Shown here one piece after another: positions 24,099 through 36,053 of a stretch of 60,000 nucleotides of DNA. The position numbers were made by a program, and so were the translations under genes. Numbering within the stretch: the first letter of the stretch is position 1; each line of letters opens with the position of its first letter. The DNA is from Mobula hypostoma (Eukaryota): the NCBI RefSeq assembly GCF_963921235.1, contig NC_086107.1:96536001-96596000 (forward strand), in the 5' to 3' direction. The notes beneath the pieces were generated by a model. That model saw only the letters and a list, made by a program, of their open reading frames with translations, did not search any database and was not told the DNA's origin.

Positions 24099-24872
24099 AC
24101 AACAGGAATTCTGCAGATGCTGGAAATTCAAGCAACACACATCAAAGTTGCTGGTGAACGCAGCAGGCCAAGCAGCATCTATAGGAAGAGGCGCAGTCGA
24201 CGTTTCAGGCTGAGACCCTTCGTCAGGACTAACTGAAGGAAGAGTGAGTAAGGGATTTGAAAGCTGGAGGGGGAGGGGGAGATGCAAAATGATAGGAGAA
24301 GACAGGAGGGGGAGGGATAGAGCCGAGAGCTGGACAGGTGATAGGCAAAAGGGGATACGAGAGGATCATGGGACAGGAGGTCCGGGAAGAAAGACGGGGG
24401 GGGGGGTGACCCAGAGGATGGGCAAGAGGTATATTCAGAGGGACAGAGGGAGAAAAAGGAGAGTGAGAGAAAGAATGTGTGCATAAAAATGAGTAACAGA
24501 TGGGGTACGAGGGGGAGGTGGGGCCTAGCGGAAGTTAGAGAAGTCAATGTTCATGCCATCAGGTTGGAGGCTACCCAGACGGAATATAAGGTGTTGTTCC
24601 TCCAACCTGAGTGTGGCTTCATCTTTACAGTAGAGGAGGCCGTGGATAGACATGTCAGAATGGGAATGGGATGTGGAATTAAAATGTGTGGCCACTGGGA
24701 GATCCTGCTTTCTCTGGCGGACAGAGCGTAGATGTTCAGCAAAGCGGTCTCCCAGTCTGCGTCGGGTCTCACCAATATATAAAAGGCCACATCGGGAGCA
24801 CCGGACGTCAACTGCGCCTCTTCCTATAGATGCTGCTTGGCCTGCTGCGTTCACCAGCAACTTTGATGTGTG
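24099..24872 (-). mobile_element. Penelope-like element 3' part (GIY-YIG endonuclease + pLTR) with an inverted 5' pLTR
   Basis: CSRCGLLYIGETRRRLGDRFAEHLRSV...HFNS..H...EEQHLIFRLGSLQPDGMN; perfect 14-bp TSD attcttgcaggcag (24085-24098 / 24873-24886). Confidence 0.92.
24195..24230 (-). ncRNA. Minimal type I hammerhead ribozyme motif (PLE pLTR)
   Basis: AGUC-CUGACGA-A-GGGUCUCAGCCU-GAAA-CG-UC^GACU; stem I AGUC/GACU fully paired. Confidence 0.7.
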
Positions 24873-25482
24873 ATTCTTGCAGGCAGGTTTGCTAGAGGTG
24901 TTCGGGAGGCCTTAAACTAAAGGCAAGGGAATAGGAACCAGAGTAAAAGGGCTAAGGATGGGGTAGTTGGTTTACACTCAGAGACTGTGTTTAGTGGGAC
25001 TGCTAGCAAGGAGAGGCTGATGATAGGGCAAAACTGTGGTTAACAAAATGATTTGCAATGTAAGAGGTGGACAAAATCAAGAAGGGTGAATACAGGACTG
25101 AAGGTGTTATATGTGAATGCGCACAGTATACAGAATAACGTAGCTGAACTTGTAGCACAGTTACAGATTTGCATGTATGATATTGTGGTGGGCTGAAAGA
25201 AGATTACAGCTGGGAGCTTAACATCCAAGGATGCACATTGTATCGAAAGGACAGGCAGGTAGGCAGACGGAGTGGGATGGCTCTGTTGGTGATAAATCAA
25301 ATCAAATCATTAGAAAGTGGTAATGTAGGATTGGAAGGTGTAGAATCACTGTGGGTAGAGCGAAGAAATTGCAAGGGTAAAAAGACCCTGATGGGACTTA
25401 TATACAGACCTCCAAACGGTGGCAAAGATGTGGTTTACAAATTATGTGAGATAGAAAATGCATGTCAAAAGGGCAATGTTAC

Positions 25483-26108
25483 TGTGGAAGAAAATTCTGA
25501 ATAAAGGGTTAAAAAACCCGAGTTGTTAATACCCTGCACTGTCCTTTAATTTAGCAATAAGCCTAGTGCGTAAAACAGCTGTGTAAACAAGATAGAGACA
25601 GTGAAGGTCATAAAGTCTACTGAGGAGCCTGTGGGCTGTCCAAGTTTCGGACAATTAAACAGTGTGGCTGATTTTCTTTTATTTATCTGGTACTAACATA
25701 AAAACCAAATACTTTTGTACTTTAATGACTTACTGGATCTAAAGATTTAATGAACTTTCTTAAAATCATAAATAAAGACTCACCATTTGGCAATAATCTA
25801 TCTTAGTTTCAAGGATGTTCTACAACCTGTCTCTGTGTGTTGTAGGCAGAAAAGAGAGTTGGCAGTCGTAGGAATTGATAAGATGCACAGGATTGACTTT
25901 TTAAAAAACTCTGATGTAATCGACTTTCTGTGTGCATGTATAAAAAAGGCTGTGACTATTACTTGGAAGACTTGACTATCGCACCATTAGCGAGTCACTC
26001 TTCCCTTATTCATGAATAAAGGTATTTTCTAGTCACTTTGAAGTCTGTGTCCAATTTATTAGTGACGAACTTTAATTGAAATTCCTTAGCAAATTAATTT
26101 CCCCAACA
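25483..26108 (+). mobile_element. Solo LTR with a 5-bp TSD
   Basis: TG...CA termini, TSD gttac (25478-25482 / 26109-26113), TATAAAA near 25939, AATAAA near 26015; interrupts CR1. Confidence 0.8.
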
Positions 26109-26842
26109 GTTACGACAGTCTTGGTAGATTGGGAAAATCTGGTTGGTGCTGAATCCCAAGAGATGCTCTAAAAAGCCACCTTGTCTACAAATGGCTTTTT
26201 ACAGCAGCTCATGGTTGAGCCCTGCAATTTGAGAAGGAGAAGCTAAAATCAAATGTATCAGTATTACTGTGAAGTAAAGGGAATTACAGAGGCATGAGAG
26301 ATGAGCTGACCAAATTGACTGGAAGGGAATACTAGCAGGGATGACACAACCGTGGCTGACAAGAGAAGTCAAAGCCAACATAAAAGCCAAAGAGGGGACA
26401 GATAATAGAGCAAAAATTAGTGGGAAGTTAGGGGATTGGGAAGCTTTTAAAAACCAAGAAAGCAACTAAAAAAAGTCATAAAGAAGGAAAAGATGGAATA
26501 AGAAGGTAAGCTAGTCAATAATATTAAAGAGGATATCAAAAGTTTCTTCCGATAGATAAAGTGTAAAGGAGAGGCAAGAGTAGATATTGGACCGCTGGAA
26601 AACGATAATGGAGCGGTAGTAATGGGGGAACCACGAAATGACAAAAGAACTGAATAAGTATTTTACATCTGCCTTCACTGTGGTAGGCACGAGCAGTATG
26701 CTGGAAGTTCAAGAGTGTCAGGGGACAGAAGTGAGTGAAGTTGCCATTACTAGGTGCTTGGGAAACTGAAAGGTCTGAAGGTACTTAAGTCACCTGGACA
26801 AGATGGTCTACAATCCAGAGTTCCAGAAGGTGTGGCTGAACA

Positions 26843-27082
26843 AATACTTTATAGTCGCCAAACAATTGATACTAGAACGTAAATCATCACAGCGATATTT
26901 GATTCTGCGCTTCCCGCTCCCTGGGTTACAAATCGATAGTAAATATTAAAAAATTAAATTATAAATCATAAATAGAAAACAGAAAAATGGAGAGTAAGGT
27001 AGTGCAAAAAAAACAGAGAGGCAGGTCCAGATATTTGGAGGGTACGGCCCAGATCTGGGTCAGGATCCGTTCAGCAGTCTTA
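26843..27082 (-). mobile_element. Short LINE 3' end (Rex/Babar-like) nested in CR1
   Basis: Interrupts CR1 at gtggctgaa|attgtggagg; tail resembles the Rex 3' ends elsewhere in the window. Confidence 0.5.
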
Positions 27083-28882
27083 TTGTGGAGGCATTGGTAA
27101 TGATCTTCCAAAAATCAATTGATTCTAGAAGGACTGGAAAATTATAAATGTCATTCCACCCTTCAAGAAGGGAGAGAGGCAGGAGAGAGGAAATTACAGG
27201 ACAGTTAGTCTGACCTCAGTGATTGGGAAGATGCTGGAGTCAATTATTAAGGATGTGGTTTCCGGGTACTTGGAGGCAAATGATAAAATAGGCCAAAGTC
27301 AACATGGTTTCCTTAAGGGAATATTTTGTCCAATAAATCTGTTGTAATTCTTTGAAGAAATAACAAGCAGGATAGACTCCCGAGAATCGGTGGATATTGT
27401 GTACTTGGATTTTCAGCAGGCCTTTGATAAAGTACCACACATGAGGCTGCGTAAGAAGACAAGAGCCCTCGGTATTACAGGAAAGATACTAATGGATAGA
27501 GCACTGGCAGATTAGCAGGAGGCGAAGAGTGGGAAGAAAGGGAGCCTTTTTTTGTTGGCTGCTGGTGACTAGTGGTGGTCCACAGGGGTCTGTGTTGGGA
27601 ACACTTCTTTTCACATTATACGTCATTGATTTGGACAACAGAATTGATGGCTTTGTGGCCAAGATTGTGGATGATGCAAAGATAGGTGGAAAGGCAGGTA
27701 ATTCTGAGGAAGTAGAGAAGGACTTAGACAGATTAGGAGAACGACATATAAGTGGCAGATGGAATACAGTGCTGGGAAGTGTATGGCATTGCAATTTAGT
27801 TGAAGACATAGTCATGCACTTTAATAGAAGATATAAAAGAGTATATTATTTTCTAAATGGAGAGAAAATTCAAAAATACGAGGTGCAAAGGGACGTGGGA
27901 GACCTCGTGCAGGATTCCCTAATGGTTAATTTGCAGGTTGAGTTAGTGGTGAGGAAGACAAATGTGATATTAGCATACATTTTGAGAAGACTAGGATGTA
28001 ATGTTGAGGCTTCATAAAGCACTGGTAAGGCCTCACTTGAGCATAGCGAGCAGTTTTAGGCCCCTTATCTAAGAAAGGAAGTGCTGACATTGGAGAGGGT
28101 TCAAAGGAGGTTCACAAAAATGATTCTGTACTCACTGGAAATCAGAAGAATGGGGGTTGATTTAATTGAAACCTATCAAATATTTAAAGGCCTTGATAGA
28201 GTGTGTTTCCTATGGTGGGGGAGTGTGACACAAGAGGACACAGCCTCAGAAGAGAGGGATGTCCATTTAGAACTGAGATGAGGAGGAATTTCTTTAGCCA
28301 GAGAATGATGAATCTGTGGAATTTGTTGCCACAGGTGGCTGTGGATGCTAATTCATTGGGTATATTTAAAGAAGAGGTTGAGAGTTTCTTGATTAGTCAG
28401 GGCATGAAGGGATATGAGGAGAAGCCAGGAAACTCAGGCTGAGAGGGAAATGGATCAGCCATGATGAAATACTGGAGCAGAGTGAATGAATCAAATGGCC
28501 CAATTCAGTTTCTATGTCTTATGGTCTTATAAATAGCATCGAGATCATAAGTTCTAGAGTCCTTGAAAGTGAGTCTGTAGGTTGTGGAATCAATTCATTG
28601 CTGAGGTGAGTAAAGTTATCCACGCTACTTCAGGAGCCTGATGTTTGAAGTTTAATGTTTTAAAAAAAACAAAGATTACAAATAACTTGTTCAGTATTGG
28701 TTCAGTAATGATAGCAAATTTGAGGTCTGATTTGTAGTTTTCGCAATTTTAAAGAGATCTGCTCTAAGTTATTGCCTGCTGGTTATGTCTAATTAAAACT
28801 GCAGCATGTCAGAGCTGATGTAAAACTCTAAAATGAGCACATCTGCAAATTATCTGTAGCTCAAGGAACACTAGCTCCCAGT

Positions 28883-30570
28883 TAATAATAATAAGTACTT
28901 TATTGATCCCAAGTGGCAAATAGTTCCATAACACCAAGAACATTTAAAAATGCACTTAGCAATAATAATATAATATTAATAACATACAGTATAATAATAT
29001 ACACAATAATTCAACAATGTGCAATAATAATGTACAAAATAATATAACAGAAACCATTGTACTATGATGTGTGTTCTCCTGTCGCACAGAGATGAACTGT
29101 TGTATATGCTTATTGCATTCGATAGGAAAGATTTTCTGTAACGATCCTTATGACAGTGGAGCTGAATGAGCCTGTTCGAAAGGGTGCTCCGCTACTTATT
29201 CAGTAGCTCATGGAGAGGATGTGCCAGATTGTCCATAATGGATAACAGTTTGTTTAGTGACCTTCTCTCCACCACTAATTCAAGGACAGATCCCGTCTTT
29301 TTGATGAGTTTATTTAGTCCTTTTGCATCACCAGCACAGATGCTGCTCCCCCAACATAAAGCTGCAAAGAAGACTGCACTCACTACAACAGACTGGTAAA
29401 AGATCTCCAACATCCTGTTGCACATATTGAAGGATCTCAGCTTCCTTAGAAAATAGACTCTACTCATTCCCTTCTTGGGAACAGCCTTGGTGTCAGCTTT
29501 CCAATCAAGCCTGTTGTCGAGGCGAACATAGTATTTGTACTCCTCCAACACTGCAACTTCTTCTCCCAGAATATATACAGGACTCATAATGGACAAAAGA
29601 AAATCTGCAGATGCTGGAAATCCAAGCAACACACACAAAATGCTGGAAGAACTCAGCAGACCAGACACCATCTATGGAAAAGAGTACAGCTGACGTTTCA
29701 GAACGAGATCCTTCAGCAGGATACCTACTGAAACATCAACTGTACTCTTTTCCATAGATGCTGCCTGACCTCCAACTTTTTGTGTCTATTGCTAGGACTC
29801 ATTACAGTCCTCTTCCTCTTAAAATCAATCACCATCTCCCTGGTTTGGCCACATTCAGGAACTGGTGATTCCTCCCGCACCACTCCACAGTCCTCTGTAC
29901 TCCCGACTCTTGCCCATCTCTGATACACCCAACTACCGTAGAGTCATCAGAGAACTTTGCAAGTGACCAGACTCAGATTTGTATTGAAAGTCTGAGGTGT
30001 ACATGTGAACAGAAACAGAGATAGGACAATCCCTAGGGGTGCTCCAGTGCCACTCACCACTATCTCAGACAGAGAACTACCCAGCTGTACAACCTGAGGA
30101 CTGTCTATCACGTAGTCAGTAACCCAGGAGATAGTGGATTTGTCTATGCCCATCCTTTGCAGCTTCTTGCTCAGACGAAGTGGCTGGATTGTATTGAAGT
30201 CACTAGAGTAATCAAAACGTGTGATTCTCACAATGCCACCAGCATCATCCAGGTGGGAGTGAGCTCTCTGCTACAGGTAGATGATGGCATCATCCACTCT
30301 CACATGAGGTTGGTAGGCAAACTGTAGAGGGTCCAATGAAGATCTCACTTGTGGTCCAAGGTAAGCCAAGAACCAGGCTCTTTAGCACTTTCATCACATG
30401 AGATGTGAGGGCAATTGGTCTGTAGTCATTAAGTTCAGATAGAGTCACCTTCTTGGGTACAGAAACCAAGCAGGAAGTCTTCCATAATGCTGGTATCTTT
30501 TCCTGACTTAAGACTCAAGATTATAAAAATACTGCAAAATACCAGACAGTTGGCTCACACAGGCCTTCAG
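28883..30570 (-). mobile_element. Rex1/Babar LINE, 5'-truncated RT region
   Basis: YFLRKLRSFN...FYQSVV.S; FNTIQP; GTGAP.G.VLS; (tta)n tail. Confidence 0.88.
29592..29792. mobile_element. Fold-back PLE pLTR pair nested in Rex
   Basis: Two inverted pLTR arms; flanking aggactcat duplication (29579-29587 / 29794-29802). Confidence 0.75.
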
Positions 30571-30704
30571 TTGATGAATTGGAGTCTGGTAAGACATTGC
30601 AAAGAACCAAGGACTGATAAAATCATTTGGATACTTTGTTCAACACACTCCTGAGATTAAATCTGCACATCAAGCCATTCAAAGGAGAAAGTGGTATACA
30701 ACCA

Positions 30705-32200
30705 GAATCATAGATTTGTACATTATGGTACTGGTCTCTCAGCTCAGTTCATCCATGTCATAGTGGATATCCTTCTACATTAACACATGAGATCTCTTTG
30801 TCTTGACTGCCTATTTTTCTCCATAGATGTTGTCCAACGTTGTACAATGCTCCAGGTTCTGACATTTACAATCTCTCAAGTCATCCTTTCTTATTAATAA
30901 TATTGGCCAGCACTTGGTCTATCAGCTCTATGCCTAACAATTCAAATGTTCATTTGGATAATACCTAAAAGCTGTTCATGATTTAGGTTCAATCACTCTC
31001 TCAGGCAGTGCTTTCCAGGTACTCACCAATATCTGGGTAGGAATCACTTCTCCCTTAACCTCAACCTATGGCTTTTTGATAGGGGGAAACGTTTCCTGCA
31101 GTCTATGCTTTGCACACCTCTTTTAACTTTGTATTCATGTTTCCTCTTAATCATCTCCAATACAGGAAGTAAAGATTGGGCTTTTCCAATCTCTCTTCAT
31201 CCCTGAACTGCTCCATCCCAGGCAACATCCTGATTAATCTCTTCTGAACCCTCTCCAGCATAATCATGTACTTTCTATACCTTGGTGACCAGACCTGTAC
31301 AGTGAACCGCAGCTCAGGTCTGACCGGGGTCCTATAAAGTTGGAGCATAACCTCACTGCCTCTGTACTCAACAGTCTTATCTAACGAAGGTAAATTTCCC
31401 ATTAGGATTCCTAGCCATATTGTCTATCTACGTAGTCACCTACTAGGATCCATGGATTTGAACTGCAAAGTACCTCTGTTCCTCAAGACTCTACCATCTG
31501 CAGTTTATGCCTTGGTCATTCTCCTTTTTAAGTTCTATATATTTTTATTCTCTAGACAGGCCTCCCACATCATTTATCCCCTGTAACTGGCATGTGTGTC
31601 TTTTTCCCTCTTATCTAACCCTAAAAATCCCTTGACATCTAGGGTTCCCTACACTTGTTAACCCTGGCATTTACCCTTACAGAACATGATGGCCATGACC
31701 TCTTGCAATTTCTCCTCCGAGTACATCCTGCCATACTGCTGTGGACTTTCCTACCAAATAGCTGCTCCCAACGTTTCTATGCCAGGTCTGCCCTCATATT
31801 AATGAATTTAGTTTCCCCCAGTTTAAGATATGAATTACTGGTCCATCCATAGATATTTAAAAATATACAAATTCATGGTCACTACCTCTAAAATAATCCC
31901 CCACTGACCTCTCCGAGCCTTTACCTCTGAGGTAATTCCAGTTAGTATTAGGGAAATTGAAATCCTCCAGTACAATAACACAATTTTCACTGTATTCAGA
32001 ATTCTGCCTACATATCTATTCCTCTATATCCTGTAAACTGTAAGGGGATCTGAAATTCATCCCTAGCATAACAACAACACCCTTTTTGTTTCTTTTTCTA
32101 CCCATAATGGACTCAGTTGAGGAGTTTCCAGGATCTCCTCCCTAAATCCTAAAGTAATGCCATATTTGACTAACTTTGCAATACCTATCTTCTCTTTTAC
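30705..32200 (-). mobile_element. Old CR1 LINE fragments
   Basis: VMLQLYRTPVRPEL...LERVQKRLIRMLPG; CR1-type tail. Confidence 0.7.
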
Positions 32201-32249
32201 TTACCCACCACTCCACCCCCCACCTTCTCGGCTGAATATTCTATACCCT

Positions 32250-32525
32250 GGGGTGGCAAGATAGCATGGTGGTTAGCACGACACTTTACAGTACAGGTGA
32301 CTTGGGTTCAATTCTTGCCAGTGCCTGTAAGGAGCCTGAACGTTCTCCCCATGACCACATGGGTTTCCTCTGGGTGCTCTGGTTTCCTCCCACTATCCAG
32401 AGATGTACCGGTTGGTAGGTTAATTGGGCATTGCAAACTGTCCCATGATTAGGCTAGGATTAAATCGGGGGATTGCTAGGCAACACAGCTCAAAGGGCCA
32501 GAAGGGCCTATTCCGTGCTGTTATA
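32250..32525 (+). mobile_element. HE1-like V-SINE
   Basis: tRNA-like head, V-domain gggtttcctctgggtgctctggtttcctccca, CR1-derived tail gggccagaagggcctattcc. Confidence 0.85.
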
Positions 32526-32730
32526 TTAAGTTTCTTTGGAACATCTCAAGATATCTTAGAAAAGGAAATGTGCGAGTTCTATTTATATTTCTTTACTCCT
32601 GGTAAACAATGAAGATACCAACTGCATCACTGTCATTTGAGAATTCTAATAAGTTACTCTTGTGAAATAAATTGTGGTCAGACCAACATCTTGAGCACAG
32701 GAATGGAATAATTCCGTTATAAGCACTTAC

Positions 32731-32839
32731 CCTGTATGGAGTCAAATACAGAGTTCCCTTCTTGGTCCCTTTAAAATAATCAGTCTTCACTGTCAAATCA
32801 CTGAATGAAAGCTCCACATCTTTGCACTCCTTTAAAAAG
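32731..32839 (-). CDS. WBP2NL: WBP2NL-like coding exon 2 (GRAM domain N-part: FLKECKDVELSFSDLTVKTDYFKGTKKGTLYLTPYR)
   Basis: Acceptor ttctttttcag and donor AGG|gtaagt; 109 nt; FKGTKKGTxYLTPYR is the WBP2-family signature; the KECKDVELSFSD residues favour WBP2NL over WBP2. Confidence 0.92.
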
Positions 32840-32967
32840 CTGAAAAAGAATTAAAAATTACTCAGAGGATTGAAGAAATAATATAATACCTTTTCCCTCA
32901 AATGTAATGAATTTATCTACCTGCACCGAACCTGACATGAAGCTTGCTAATAGAACTGAATTGAATT

Positions 32968-33563
32968 TAGGAGCCGAGAGGTAATGTTGCAGCTATACAG
33001 GACCCTGGTCAGACCCCACTTGGAGTACTGTGCTCAGTTCTGGTCGCCTCACTACAGGAAGGATGTGGAAACCATAGAAAGAGTGCAGAGGAGATTTACA
33101 AGGATGTAGCCTGGATTGGGGAGCAAGCCTTATGAGAGTAGGTTGAGTGAGCTGGGCCTTTTCTCCTTGGAGCGACGGAGGATGAGAGGTGACCTGAGAA
33201 GAGGTGTACAAGATGATGAGAGGCATTGATCGTGTGGATAGTCAGAAGCTTTTTCCTAGGGCTGAAATGGTTTCCACAAGAGGACACAGGTTTAAGGTGG
33301 TGGGGAATGGGTACAGGGGAATATCAGGGTTAAGTTTTTTGTTACGCAGAGTGGTGAGTGCGTGGAATGGGCTGCTGGGAACGGTGGTGGAGGCGGATAC
33401 GATAGGGTCTTTTAAGAGACTTTTGGATAGGTACATGGAGCTTAGAAAAATCGAGGGCTATGGGTAAGCCTAGTAATTTCTAAGGTAGGGACATGTTCGG
33501 CACAACTTTGTGGGCCAAAGGGCCTGTATTGTGCTGTAGGTTTTCTATGTTTCAATATTTCTA
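32968..33563 (+). mobile_element. CR1 LINE 3' end (young)
   Basis: [38 protein letters not shown]; tail tttctatgtttc. Confidence 0.9.
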
Positions 33564-34168
33564 ACTTGTGTGTCACACACCCTGAATAGTACATCTCACA
33601 GAACGGTGGCACCTACAGACAATCCCCAGGTCTCAACAGAGTTCTGTCTTGAGAACTGTTCACAAGTCAGAAATTAACAATAAAAGGTTTACAAATGGCT
33701 AAGACAGGAGAGTGAGAAGGTGTGGGATGAGTGGGTGCTAACTGGCCTTACTAACTCACCGAGTGAGTCCGCTCAGTCCCCAACTCTGCTTGGCTTGGCC
33801 TAGTCACACACCCTTATTGTTGCGACTTATTGGGGGGGGGGAATGTAGCGAGAGATGGTGTGTTTCAAAATGCTCTGTTTTGGGGCATCAGGCACAAGAT
33901 GCCGGCAGCCCCACAGCAGCTGGCAAATCCATCCCCGTCCGTCTGCCAAATATGTACGCACAGGTTATCCATATGTTGGTCTAGGGAAGACCCATATTTC
34001 AATGTGTGTTTACTCCAAGGGAGATATAGTTCTTCAACACATAATCATAAGCATTCAGTATTCCTTTCCTCAGTAGCACGATAGTTAATCTGCAGGGTGC
34101 TCTTTCAAGACAGTGTTTGATTATTAAGACTGTGTACTGCCCCTGTGACTGCTCCAGTGACGATAGAG

Positions 34169-35260
34169 CAGGAGTCCCCAACCTTTTTTGCACCGTGGAC
34201 CAGTTTAATATTGACAATATTCTTGCGGATTGGCCCATCCCGGGTGGGGGGGGGGGCGGGGTAGGATTGCCAACTTTCTCACTGTGTTTATCCCAAGAAA
34301 GACTACCATGACCATGAAGCCTTGCGCGGGCACCTGTGTGCGCATGCGATACATGCTGTGCGCATGCGTGTATGTGCTGATATTTTTCTACAAATCGGTT
34401 TTGGCGATTCTGTTCAGTGAAACTACACTGTACATACATTATTTCTATTTCATATAGGCTGTGTATTTATCATATCATTCCTGCTTTTACTACATGTTAG
34501 TGTTATTTTAGGTTTATGTGTTATTTGGTGTAACTTGGTAGATTATTTGTTGGGTCTGGAAACGCTCAAAAATTTTTCCCATATAAGTTAATGGGAATTG
34601 CTTCTTTGCTTCACGCCATTTCCGCATGAAAGGTTTCAAAGGAACGCTCTACCTTAGCGGGGAAAATACGGGACAAGGGTGGTCTGACTGGAATATAGGT
34701 GACTGGAATGACTGGAATATAGGTGATAAGTCACTTATAAGAGGCTAATACACTTAATTTTGTTTCTAAAAAGGTTTATCTAACGAATTTAATATTAAAC
34801 AGATAGCGCATATTTTCCTCGTACGAACATATAAAATCATTGCAACACACCAATATCGCTGAATCAGTGGGAGACAGCGATACTCGAAGGGGGTTCCTTA
34901 TGTCCAGTCTATTCTGCGATTTAGTTTTCGTTGCGTTCATTGCAGAAAACCCTGCTTCACAGAGATACGTTGGAAATGGAGGCAACGTTTTCAGTGCTTC
35001 CGCGGCTATCTCAGGATATTTAGCCTTGACTTTGATCCAGAATGCCGGCAGAGATGTTACATCAAACATACTTTTCAGCCCACCGTCATCTACAAGCTCG
35101 AGGAGTTGATCTTCCCGCGCTGACATGGATGACGCGTGCGTAATGACCTTGCATGTGTTCAAGTTCAACAGTGGGTGTGACAGGGAATGAGGAAAGGTGC
35201 AGCTGACTCATATCGCCAAATCATGTCGTTTCCTTGCAGCCCGGTGGTTGGGGACCACTG
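34169..35260 (-). mobile_element. hAT Charlie/Buster-type non-autonomous element with transposase C-terminus
   Basis: TIRs caggagtccccaacc / ggttggggaccactg; perfect 8-bp TSD cgatagag; FWIKVKAKYPEIA..ALKTL.PFPT.YLCEAGFS dimerisation-domain motif. Confidence 0.92.
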
Positions 35261-35599
35261 CGATAGAGGTAGGAGATGAAAGATTGTTCATTGAAATAAA
35301 AATCTAGCCTGGAAAGACTTAATTTTAAATTCAATAATTGTGGGCTGCTTTGTTTCCTGTTGATTCTTGGTCTGTGATGCGGCCTCAGTTATTCTCTCTC
35401 CATCAGTACTGCCTGACCTGCCACACATCTACACCTTTGCATTTTGCAGCTTTTACATTGCCTTGCATTTGCTCTCTCAGCAATTTGTAGCTCTCTGTCT
35501 CCCTCCTATCATTCTCTTTCCGTTGTTAATCTATCAACTGAATGACTTCATTAACAACTTATCCAGGGCCTATAACATAGGTATTCCCTCTGTCTACAG

Positions 35600-35800
35600 A
35601 ATCAGGAGGAACTCAGCAGACCAGGCAGCATCTGAGGAAAAGAGTACAGTCAACGTTTCGGGCCAAGACTCTTCAGCAGGACGGACTTGGCCCAATATAT
35701 CAACTGTACTCTTTTCAATAGATACTGCCTGGCCTGCTAAGTTCCTCCAGTATTTTGTGTGTGTTGCTTTGGATTTCCAGCATCTGTGGATTTTCTCTCA
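35600..35800. mobile_element. Fold-back PLE pLTR pair
   Basis: Inverted arms; variant core CUGCUGA...GAAACGUU on -. Confidence 0.7.
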
Positions 35801-36053
35801 TTTATTCCCTCATTCTTATTGGTTAAGGATTGCAAGGCGCAAAACATCCACAGAGGATTTATGTGAATAGCAGGCATTAATACTAATGAAAAACTGTTAA
35901 ATGTGAACTACAAGCAGAAATGAGTATTGAAATTTAAAGAATAGCTGTGTAAATAAACAGTATTGTCTACAGAGCAGTTACCAGCCCACAGCAGAGGGCT
36001 GATGCACAGCAGATGCAGCTTGTGAACTGACATGTTCATGCAATCTTTACCAC

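Larger units (their letters stand above)
23700..28530 (+). mobile_element. Near full-length degenerate CR1 LINE (ORF1 esterase + ORF2 APE/RT) with three nested insertions
   Basis: LPAGARVRDV..VHIGTNDIG, DGL.L...G (SGNH-like ORF1); YVNAHS, YRPP (APE); RT motifs; tail tctatgtcttatggtcttat. Confidence 0.9.

Noticed and set aside
33750..33800. Donor-like G|gtgagt on the minus strand as possible exon 1
   Set aside because: The upstream sequence does not encode the expected MA(L/V)N..H...GG/NGES start; exon 1 was not found in the window
33565..34038. Possible solo LTR (tgt...aca)
   Set aside because: No matching TSD or convincing terminal inverted repeat found
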